The notes beneath the pieces are model-generated. The model saw only the letters and a list, made by a program, of their open reading frames with translations, did not search any database and was not told where the DNA came from. A stretch of 50,581 nt of DNA, the filler included, from Circinaria calcarea (Eukaryota), in NCBI GenBank assembly GCA_051942165.1. It is 3 parts of 3 records of this genome, joined end to end, with 100 filler letters (N's around TTAATTAATTAA, not from the genome) between each part and the next. Parts side by side here need not be neighbours in the genome. Positions count along the whole stretch, not along the records: positions 1 to 16,803 come from JAVECS010000300.1; positions 16,904 to 33,698 come from JAVECS010000301.1; 1 more part is not named here. The stretch is one strand, 5' to 3'. Shown one piece after another: positions 10,978-22,123 of this stretch. A program made the translations under genes and the position numbers. Each line of letters begins with the position of its first letter. The stretch's first letter is position 1.

Positions 10978-13358
10978 TATCGTTACGCGGTCAGGAGCGG
11001 GAATAGATGATCCAGGCACTGAGTAGCCAAGGTACTGCAAAGAAATAGGTGGATGAAAGCTTGAGTCGAGTTATGGAGATGTCGAGCTCTCGTTGGTGGT
11101 TTGGGGTTGGCCGCGGAGCTTGTCCGCCGGTCCTTGGCAAAGCACCCTGAGCTCGCATTTACCTCTACATTTTAATTTGGAGGACCACGACGGTTAAGTT
11201 TAGCGACCCAAATCCCCGTAAGGAGCAATGGCCTTGTGAAGGATTTCGATACTTTGATAGACATGTCAGTGGCTATGAGAACATGCGACTTTGTACAATG
11301 TGGATACGTCTTCGGTGCCAAAATTATCTTAACTATACGACAATCAACACATGGGAGTCCACAAGCACGTCACACGTCTAGCTGCTTCAGATCATCATTC
11401 ATGTAGTGAGCTAATCCTATTCTATGCTAATGGTGGATACTAGTAAGCCCATCACCTCATATTTGTAATTGCATAGGCAGAAAGATTCGAATAGTCCATC
11501 ATAGTATGGACACCTATCCAAACATACCGAGTAAATCCAAGGCCAAGGCCCATTGAGAAGATCTCAACAGGGTCACATGACAGATTTCAAAGGGCGACGA
11601 GAGAGCTGGGAGGAACAAACAGACGGCCATAACATACCTGGTAAGGTGGTAACTGCTCCTTTTTCGACACGTCAGGCGTTGCAATGTTTGTAGACGTTCG
11701 TGTTGTTTCGGGATAGACTGTGGGAGGTTTAGGAGAATTACCCCCCAGTGGATAGAAATCGTAGACCATGGCTAGGGACTTCTACTACCTTTACATATGT
11801 TAGCCTTGGATAAAAGCGAGACATCCAAAGAAAATATGTAATCGGTAGAAGAGATCAGACATCCAAGGAAGATTGCGCGCTCAACGCACAGCGACTTAAT
11901 AGGTCATGCACTGGGCTAGCGTGGAAACTGCGAATGTAGGAATGGTTTCATCATATCAATAGGAAAGAGAAGCAGGTAGAGGAATTAGCACAGCTCACCA
12001 CAAATCGATAAGGCCGAAGAACAAGCACCTTTCTAAATCGAGGCGAGCTGACACCGGGAAATCCATAGTAGCTACTTATTGCCCTAGACTGTGGCGCGGC
12101 GCAGAGGTAGACGCTCAACAGGCAGCGGCTTCTGCCAACTGGCCCCAACATTGGGCATGGGATGGTGTTAGAGTGGACCTCACATCGAAGTGCTGTCGAG
12201 TCATATTGGCGGCTCTATTCGCACTGAACTAGACGACCTAAGATGAAGACGGTTAGCCTATCGAAGCTGTCATTGTGGACGGATGAGACAGCGAAGATAA
12301 GGGATGCGATGGTCAGACAAGGTATACTGGCAAGTAGCAGATTGCCCGGCGAAGGACAATCCGAAAAGGCTGATTTCTTCAAGGTCGACTCAGCTGGGAA
12401 AAGAAGACTTTTTTAGGAGTGTCATCATGCCCAAGTGCATAGGACAGGGAAGGGATTGGTAGAGCTTACCTGTACTAACGCCATCAAGGGCAGTTCGATA
12501 GGTACCTGGGAGTATCGTGTGAGATGGCCAGAGGGGATGTGAGAGAATGAAGAAGTGAAAGTGGTCAGAGAAAATATTATTTTCAGCTGTGTTGTCATCT
12601 GACGAGCTAAGGAAGCGAATCAATCTGATTGGCCATCTCCAACCAACTGCGAGAGCTGGGGCCCGGACGAAGATACGAACAGGCTTCCTTCCCATCTTCA
12701 TCGCCTCGATCTCATGTACAATTGATGCGTGGGAAATGGTTGCTACCGAAAACTGTAATTCGTTCGTTCTCCCTTTCTCTTCTCCGGCCACTTGAGCGGT
12801 ACCGGTTGTTCTGCCATTCTGTCGTTCCTCTCGATCCCACCGGTGTCCTTGCAGGTGGGGGCGCTCAGACACAGACGATATTGCGATCGGAGTAATCACC
12901 CTACAGATTTACAAATCCTTCCAACGACAAGACACTCGAGCACTGTAAACTATCCGACTTCTGGGAGAGGCCACTCGTTATCGACAACTCTAGGGACTTG
13001 AAGTACATATTTGCAAGGATTGCTGCTCGCGCATTGTGCGCCGCCTGGAATTAGCACGTTGAGGAAAGGCTTGAGTGGACCATCATCGGAAAGAGATATC
13101 TGTGGCATATGTGCTACGATCGACCGCTTCGCGAAATCTGTCTTGTGTTCTAGTGCTGTACTGCTCTTAGAGGGAGCAGGCAGCTGGCAGACGCTATTCT
13201 ACAGAGCTAGATAAGCCGACTCTCGACTCTATTACGGGTGCGGTCCTTTAGACATCTGAACAAGATACCTAAACAGTTACACTTGTCCTACTCCTCGTCC
13301 GACCTTCAAAGCAGCTTATAAGCTGAAGCCTGCCAGGCCTCAGTATACTACTCCGAAC

Positions 13359-14521
13359 ATGATGATGGCACAACCGTTCGCTGCTCACCCAGGCGGAATG
13401 CCCAGTCATAGTGGTATGGCCCATGGCGGCCATCCTATGGCATCTGGACATCCCTCCAATCAAGGTCTTCCTGGTGGGGGACAACCTGTCGTATCTATGG
13501 GTCCACAAATGCACACAGGAATGGCAGGAGGCCCTGGAGGTCCCCAAGGGGGTCAGACGGCGTCAATGATGGCTAGTATATCGCAAGCAGGAGGAAATCC
13601 AGCAGTATCAGGCCCTACCCCAAGTGCCCACGCCCTATCACATCTGAATCCAGCACAGTCCCAGCAACTGTACAATCAACAACAACAACTGCAACAGGCC
13701 AGTAAGTCTCTCTTTCATTATTAAAATGCTCTCTGTACTTGCCTGTCTCTGTTCTTGGTGGATCTTGAACTTTCTGCCACTTCTGTTTCACGAACCATGG
13801 TATTTGCACTACCGTCAGTTTCCAGAACCCAATGAATATGGGCTATTCAGGAGAAGACTGCGTTATTATGAAATTCCTACAAGTCCCAAGTACTATTACC
13901 ATCTAGGTGAAAGACGTTATTTTAGAGTCCAAGCTTCTTTTGGAGCAAACACTGTTTGCACTCATGTCGCATAGCGGATTGATTGGGTATCTCGCTCACC
14001 TTGCTAAATTTTTTTCCAGTCAATAGTAATCCGCAGCTGCAGCATCGCCAGCAAATGCAAATGCAACAACAGCAGCAGCAGCAACAGCTTCATTTCATGC
14101 GGCAGCAGCAGCAGCAGGCGCAGCAACAGCAACAGAACGCGGGAATGTCTATAAATCCCGGCAATCCTAACATGAGCCAAGCCCAATTTGCATCTATACA
14201 AGGAAATCCGGCACTCCGGCAAATCAACCTACCTCCTCACTTTGTTCAACAGCAACTCCATCTCCAGCAGCAGCAGCAGCAGCAAGCAGCTCAAGCCCAA
14301 GCCCAACAGCAACAGCAACAACAAATGGCTCAACAAATGGCGATGCAGCAGAGCGGCAGTCAAGCGAGTAGTAATCAAGGCCAGCCGACGCCGCAACCTC
14401 AGATGAGACCTCAGCCAATGCAAGTTGGGCCTGATCCGCAAGCCGCCGCTACTGCAGCACAGCAACAGGCCCAACAGCAAGCCCAGCAGCAGCAACAGCA
14501 AGCCCAGCAGCAACAGCAAGC

Positions 14522-14564
<43 letters not shown>

Positions 14565-16251
14565 CAACAACAACAACAGGCGCAGAACCAAGCTGCTCAA
14601 CAGCAGCAAGCCCAAGCCCAGGCACAGCAGCATCAACAGCAACAGCAAGCCCAACAGCAGCAAGTCCAACAGCAGCAAGCTCAACAACAGCAAGCCCAGC
14701 AACAGCAGCAGCAACAAGATGCAGGTGCTCAACACGCCCAGAGACAGGCGCAGGTACAAGCGTCACAGGCTCAAGCTCAGGCTCAGGCTCTCGCTCAACA
14801 GGCGGCTGCAGCAGCCATGATGCAACCACGCATGCAAAATTCTCTCAAGGGTGCTTCCGTGCTGAAACTGCTTCAGTTTGGGGACCACCTTAGTCAATTT
14901 TCGGTGTGTTGAATATCTGTTACATTACTTCGTTCTGACTGACCAAACAAATTATAAGCAGGCTCGAAGGCAACCGCAATCGAACAATATAACGTATTGG
15001 CAAAGTTTTGTAGATCGGTTTTTCTCGCAAACGGGTGTCATAAGACAGCAATTGTGGAATTCTGCGAGTAACGAGGGAAAGAGTTACCAAATCTCAACAC
15101 CGGCTTTAGCACGCTATTACTGGACGCATTTTAATAGTGGTGTTCAAAACATCCAAATGATTCTAGAAAAGGCCCAAGAAAAAGATCTGCCCAATGGCGG
15201 TCATCTGGTTGATAGTGCCAAGTCATGCTTCATTTACTGGTTTGACAATGGCTGTCAGGTAAGAGATCTCAGGGATATGATGAAAGATGCTAACTTATGC
15301 TGTGTAGCTCGTAACAACGGGAAGCTTGAAAGCGCAATTTGATCAGCATGGTAAGATTGACCTTCTGGATTTACAGACCGAGCAGCATGCCGAATACGTT
15401 CCTCGAAACAAAATCCAACCAATGCCAGAGTCGCCTGACCAGAAGCCATCGCCCAATGCAACAAAGAATCTCGGAAAGCGAGGTTCCCAGCAGCGAAATA
15501 ACAGGCAACTGCAAGTACCACAAGATCAAGCACCCATAACGCCGTCTCCCCCACCATCGATAATCAATGATTATGGAATCACGCAACCAGTTAGCGTCTT
15601 CTTGGAGGTAAGCCGGTGATCTGTTCTTTGGTTTGGGTTAATGCTGAAAATAGTAAGTTGGCTGAAACGTTTGCTCATATGGAGCACCTCTTCCACTTTT
15701 CATGGCAAAACCCTCAATTAACCGCTTCCGATGCGCTACGCCAACTCGTCACCTCCTTCCAGACCCAGCCTCAAGGTCCGCTTGGCTTCAATGCTGCTAT
15801 GAATCACCACAACGGCCTAAATCCTAACTTCCAACAACCCCCCGGCCAACGGACGCCTGGGTTCGGCGGTCCCAATCATTTCGCCTCGCCCGCAACCGCT
15901 CATCTCAACCTCCCCATCAGTACTACTTCAGCCTCGCCTGCAACCCTGAACATGTCCCCCGCCATGCAAAACCACGTTCTCCAAAACCATATGCAGCAAC
16001 AGGCCCCCACGAGTGTGGGTATGGTCGCTCAGCAAAGCCATCAAGGCACCAATACTAGCGCCGGTACCGGAAGCCAAGGTACCAGCGCGAACACGAGTCC
16101 GAACGTCCCGCATAAGAGGAGGAGACCGTCAGCGGTCAAGGTTGAAGCGGATGATGGGGGCGGCAGCACCGAAATCAACGGGACGGGCCCGAAAGTCAAG
16201 CCCAGTCCTCGGATAGGAGGCGGAGCCAAGAGGCAAAAGGGCGGAGGATGA
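13359..16251 (+). CDS. ptaB: LIM-domain-binding (LDB) family transcriptional co-regulator, PtaB/Mfg1/Adn1-like, 5 exons, polyQ
   Basis: Q-rich N-half, then LKLLQFGDHLS...YWQSFVDRFFS...LARYYWTHFNSGV...FIYWFDNG (LIM_bind-like) and basic C-terminal NLS-like HKRRR. Exons 13359-13701, 14020-14903, 14959/14962-15258, 15308-15607, 15658-16251. Confidence 0.85.
14450..14720 (+). repeat. CAG/CAA trinucleotide repeat encoding polyQ/QA tract
   Basis: Pure (CAG)n then (CAA)n run at ~14524-14579 inside a longer QA-rich array. Confidence 0.95.
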
Positions 16252-16803
16252 ATGTTCGAACGATTTTAGAAAGCAGAGGTGTTTATCGCGTCCTTGATGG
16301 CTTTAATAGCGCGGCGTTTCCCCCCTTTTTAAATAACTCAAAATGCCACAAGTCCCGCGGCTGGGTACTTATGGGCGTGGGGTCCGGATGCGGGGATTGC
16401 AGGCGTAGGCGTTGGTGTTTTTCTAGGAGAGGGTGAAAATAATATCCGGGGGGGTTGGGACTGGATATTTATCGTCCTGTTGTCTACTACTGGGGATTTT
16501 TTTGGGGAGGCCTGTGCAATATGAGAGGTTGCATTGCATTGTGGCACGCATTTGGTGCTCAGGGGCGCGCCCCCGTTTCTTTTATTTGGCTGGTAAGGGG
16601 GCCTCCCTCCCTCGGTATGTTTTTCTTGATTAGATATTTTTAACCATGTATCATAATATTAAAAGGGAAGTATATTCAATGGTTCTGGTTTTAGGTTTAA
16701 GGTTTAGGTTTGAGGGTTGGGTTTTGGGGTTTGGAGTTTTAGTGGATGGGGTGTCGGGTTGTTTGTTTGCTTAGAACGAGAATAATAAAGAGGGGGGGGG
16801 GAG

Positions 16804-16903
16804 NNNNNNNNNNNNNNNNNNNNNNNNNNNNNNNNNNNNNNNNNNNNTTAATTAATTAANNNNNNNNNNNNNNNNNNNNNNNNNNNNNNNNNNNNNNNNN
16901 NNN
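16804..16903. other. Artificial contig spacer N44-TTAATTAATTAA-N44
   Basis: Exactly 100 bp; the core gives stops in all six frames; identical copy at 33699. Confidence 0.97.
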
Positions 16904-17487
16904 GTTAAGGGGTGGGGGGTTAGGGTATTTGCGGGTGGGTGCCGGTTAGAAATTAGTTAGAGTGTTAGTTAGGGAGTGGGTTAGACTGGGCTTCCAAGGT
17001 TTTGTTCGACTACTTAATACTTTTGTCCAGGAAGAAAGAAAGAAAGTTATTGGGTTCTGATATACGTACATACATGCTTCTTAGGGGCCTTCGGGCTGCG
17101 GAATTTATATTTTCCATAAAGGGGGGGGAGGGGGTTTAGTCTCGTTCAGGGGTACCTAATATGCCCTATAAGAGCGGGTCGATTATATCATGCATCAACT
17201 TCTACATGGAGCAAGTAGATGGAAGGGAAAATATTGCTAAGCGAACAATGCACCCGGATGCAAAACTAGGGTGGGTGCTAGGATCGGTTGATAAAAAGAG
17301 TGGCTCGTATATGATACATTCAAAAGTACACCAGTGGATAGAAATAGGTATGAGTGAGAGTGGTAGGTCATCATTGATATTTATCATCATAGCGGAAAAG
17401 AAAATACAAAAACTGCCAAGTGACCGGCCCATATCCCCATGTCTAACAGACTTTTTCATCCCTGCTAAGAAATACCATTCGGCCCAT

Positions 17488-20008
17488 TCACCACTTGGAA
17501 GGTCCAAAGGTTTGACCCTCCGGAATAGTCTCCCGCACAGCGGCAAAGTTGGCTTCCAATGTACTGGTAATTACATTGTTGCCCCACCAGCTCGGGGGCT
17601 CTTGGTTCGTCAACTGTAGCGTCAAGAAAATAACAATGGTGCAGATGGCGAGACCGGTATCAAGGCCAGCGCTGGTAATGTAGTTGTAATGACTCCACCA
17701 TCCTCGGTACTTGTTCTTGATGACTTTATTGAACGCGAATCCAACGGCTGCCCATGTCGTGTAGTTGATGGTCGTGGCCGGTGGAATCTGACCGGCGCCG
17801 CCGAAGATGAGAGGAACGTTGACGTATCGGAGGTTGGACTTGGGGAAAGCGCGGGCGAGGAAGTAGAAGATGGGAGGGCCAAGGGCACCGGCGAGGAAAA
17901 AGTAAAGAAGGCTATTGTAGATCTGACCGGCGGAAAAGATACGGGCGGGACCAATCAAACCCCAAATGACCGAGGCATTGAAAAACACACGACCGCCAGG
18001 GCACGAGAAGTGCTGCTTGTTATTTTGATCGCAGATATCCTCGATCGCTCCGAATGCCCAGTTGAGCACGGCGATTTGGACAAAACATGACCAAACCGTG
18101 GCAATGATTTGGCCGGAGAACATGATGCGCGGCGGAATTTTCATGTAGTGGCCGAGTTTCAGATCTTGGGCAAATGCCAGACCTTGGGTCATGGTGATGT
18201 AACCATAAGTCTTGAATAACATCATGGCAACCGGGCGCCCAGGCTGCATGTAGCCGATAATGAACTCGGTGATGACGTTGAGCCCGAGTTGGATATTTGT
18301 GATTGCCTGGATCATTCCAATGGGGACAGAGAAGACGAGGGAGATGGCGAGGGAAATAAAAAAGGCCCACCAGGTTAAATGCGTCGGATAGGCAAGAACA
18401 CTGGCGAGAGCAATACCAAGAACCGCCAGAAATGATACAGCATACCACCAAGCAGGAACCTCCTTGTACTTCTGCATCATCTTGGTGTGAACATCAGGCT
18501 CTTCTCCCAACGAGAGCTTAGTCCTGGCCCAGATCTCCTGCCCGTGATAAAGGATAGTGTGGGTGACCAGGGCCATGATTGCCGCGAAAGAGAGACCGTA
18601 GGCCAAGGAGAACGTGGTAGAGAGGAACAAGGGTGAGTATGCTTCGTAAGCTGCCACGTCAAGCTGATAGTCTGGGGTCAAAATCCGCGACACATTATAC
18701 CTTGAACCCGTATTGTCGTAACTGTTGCTGTCAGATATAGGCAGGTACTGAGCGTACCATGTATTTGAGTAGTGGAGTCCAATGCTCGTAATCATGAAGA
18801 ACAGTACCACACCGATTAGAGAGTTCATGATGCCGTGGAACGGAAACATGAGAGGGCTCAGGGTGTACCCGGTGATCTGCGTCCAATCGAATGTGATGGG
18901 AATCAGACCGAGACCAGATTGATACCCAAACAATTGATTGACAATCACGTTATTTGGAGCAATCCAGGTGGCGAAAGCAAAGTACGAAAGAGCTTGGAAG
19001 ATCCATCCTAGGATATTGTTAACGCTGATACCGACATCAATTTGGAAGGGGGGGAATCTCACCAGGGAACCAGTACCAGACAAATGAGCCCAGAAAGACA
19101 TAGAGGAAGAAGCGATAACGGCCAATTGACCACCCGTTAGCCTTGGCCGGGTCCGTTTTGGAGTGATCGTGCAAGGCATAGAAGAGCGAGGTATTGACGA
19201 AATTCGTGGGCCAGATCATAGATGCAGGCCATACCAGATACTTGCGTAGTAGACCAGCATAGCCATATCCAATCATTTGGGTTCCGATGGTGAGAAGGAG
19301 TTCGAATCCCCATCCGAAATCGGTCTTGTAAAATCCCTTCTGTGCGATGATGGTATCCGTAGAATATGCAGCCCCAGATCCAAAGGTAACGTTCGCCATG
19401 ACAGTGATGAGTGTATGCTCCTTCATGTTGAATGGCGACGGGTTCAGGCTCCAGGAATAACCAAATGTCCGAAATGTCTTCTTAGGCATAACTAGATCCC
19501 AGCCCAATCCCAGTGGATAGGCGACCAACTGAGCGACGAAAGAGGTGATGATGATGGATGGGGCCCGCATTGAGAACAGCATGTTCATGCCCGAGCCCAA
19601 TGTCACCATCAGCATTCCAATTGTCCAGGCACGAATGGTGCTCGTTGGCATCTCCTCGTCGTAATTCCTGACAGCAGCGCGCACTTCAGGATAGGGAGAG
19701 TCATTCTCGATGAGATTGATGATTTCATTGTCAACGGCGGCATCATGCTCGCCCTCCAAGGCATCTCTGTCTTCGGACGGCAGATTGGGATCCCATCGGT
19801 GGAGTTTTCGGAGGAACTTCACCTCACGGTTGGCCTCGACCTCGGAAAGCTCCGTGGTCCTGCCGACGTCGATGCCGGACGTCTTGGCGTCGTGATCATA
19901 GCTGATGGCATGCTTCTCGTCTCCCAGACTGTCTTGCTCGCTGCCGTTGGTGGCCGTTGGGACCACCCGGCCCTCGACCGCGGATTTCTTGCCAAAACCG
20001 AAGACCAT
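17488..20008 (-). CDS. OPT-family oligopeptide transporter (Isp4/Opt-like), 2 exons
   Basis: Signature SPYPEVRAAV, PFNMKEHTLI, DLKLGHYMKIPPR and many TM helices. Intron 19008-19062 joins WYWFPG to WIFQ. Confidence 0.95.
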
Positions 20009-21480
20009 TGTGTATCACTCGAAATCCGTTCGATTGGAGAGACGTCACGATACGGGTAGAGGTTGGAATTCACGAGACAGGCCAGACGGGAGCCGGGTGG
20101 TCTTTGTATCTTGTCTGCGAATGCCAACTGCGGCGGCTGAAAGGACAGGGTCAATCGCATTGGCGGATGTAGCTATGGCCTATCCGTTTCCTTATCTGCG
20201 AGCTATGAATGGATTTGGAAGGAATACCAGACCTCGGGGGAGAATTCGAGGTGGTCGGGCGAGTCAAGGCCGACCAGCATGGCTGCTCACACGGAGCGCA
20301 GGTTGACGTATCGGTACGTCAAAAGTGCTCGCAGTGCTCCGAAGAAGCAGATCAGCGAGTTGATAAGAGAACCTGGCGACGACGCAAGGGAGAGGGTGCC
20401 CGAAAGCGAAATGGTTGGCGCTTCTCAAGGCGTGCAGTTGAGACACCCACTTCTGCACATCATGACCGGCCACGTTGGGCGCCAATCACTGCTGCAGATG
20501 CCCGTCGCGCCCACCTTCAGGCAGAGAAGGTCCGTCGGCGACAAACAACGCTTTGGGGTTGCTAGGCCGGACATCACCCAGAGTGCAGAGCGAGAGTGCA
20601 GGTGGCTAACTCTGTCAATGGATCAGGATACTCCGTAATCTTCAGCCCAGTCCCACCGAGGCAAACGTCCCCGGCTCTCAGTGTGCGAAAGGTATTTGGC
20701 ACGCTTCTTCGGATTTGGGGCCTGGGGAACGCGAGTCTGCCCATCGCTCGACGAGATCAACACCATCAGGTGGATAAGACGCCGCACTTCGATGGCGGCG
20801 ACCTACCTGGAGATGGGAACGAGACTGAGACCCCCAACGGTGTTGGCCTGAAGCGGCTAGGTCTGGCCAGGGACTACCGAACTCTAGAGAGTCCACTCAG
20901 CTGATAGATAGATACTGTACCATACGGTCGAGTATCTCCACGCTGATACGGAGTAGGCAAAAGAGCATTGATGTTGTATTACCCCGTGCTCATCGCTAGG
21001 AAGGCGAATCTCGCTCCCTTGTGGCCCGTCGTCAATCATAATAGGAGCAGTACTTTGTCCCTTCCTATCAGATACAGTCTCCACCATCTCCAATTCGGGA
21101 GGACCAGTAGATAGGTAAACAGATCGAAGAAAAAGAAGCATTCAACGGTCCCCGTCCGAGCAAAAACCCCCCGGTCGCTATCGTTGCTTGAACCAGATCG
21201 ACCGGTTGCCAAAAGCTGAATGGTGCCAGTCCGTTTACCTGCCCTCTTCTCCGCCTTGTTCGCAAAAGGCAGGTTCTGCAGTGGGTGGCGTTAAATTTCA
21301 GATACCCAGTGCCATTCTCTTGGAGATTCCTCTTCTGCCGTTGATTGGATCCCACGGCCGCTGCATCTTAGCCCCACCGAAATGCGTTAAAGGGCGATCT
21401 CGGATCGGGAAGGAAGGATTAGAGGATCGGTTACTCTGTACGTGAAAGGCCAATTCTCGCATGGAAAATGAAATGCCAAT

Positions 21481-21521
21481 TGATCCTTTGATCCTTTGAT
21501 CCTTTAATCCTATTGATCCTT
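21481..21521. repeat. 8-bp tandem repeat (TGATCCTT) x ~5, imperfect
   Basis: tgatcctt tgatcctt tgatcctt taatcctat tgatcctt seen directly. Confidence 0.85.
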
Positions 21522-22123
21522 TAGGCCGTTCCAAGCGTCCCTGCATTTGCCCTTTGCCCTTTACATACCTATCCATACGGACAACAACAATCCGGCAGCA
21601 ACCTCCCGGATTGGAGTTCCTCGTGGTCCAGTGAAAAACATCACCGGGCTGACTATGGGGATCGAAAAGGGGGCGAAGATGTACTCCGTACGGCGGCGGC
21701 GGGTCTGCATTGCTGCATTCATGCGGAGGAGTGCCTGAGCCATGTGGATGTTGCTCTTTGCCTTTGGGCTTACCGGTCGGTTTCGGAATGTCAGCCTGCT
21801 AACTACTGCCATCACATGATAATCGATATTAAGATTCGAACAATATCAGCAACAGTACCAGTAAAGGGTTGTTTGTCTATGTACGATTACTTGATTCTGT
21901 ACGGAGTAAGGTTATATACACAGTACCGCAAAGCAAGGTGACTTCAAGCAAACTTTTGCGCCGGCGTCACTTGGGATTCTCAAGGACCCATCTGGACCCC
22001 ATTGGCTTCCGCAGTCCATTCGAACATTATCGTGCTTTGTCTCCTATTAGCTTATCTTGGCTTGAGTCGTCGTGCCTTCCAAGCCCACAGCCTTCTCACT
22101 CCTCCTCCCATCCAACCTCTCTT

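Noticed and set aside
14004..14829. Antisense and alternative-frame ORFs rich in Leu, Ala/Val or Ser/Asn
   Set aside because: Shadows of the CAG/CAA polyQ tract.
16848..16859. TTAATTAATTAA palindrome as a biological site
   Set aside because: Centred in exactly 44+44 Ns and duplicated at 33743; assembly linker.
20010..22100. Many 60-130-aa ORFs upstream of OPT
   Set aside because: Overlapping on both strands, no motifs or consistent splice structure; likely promoter sequence.
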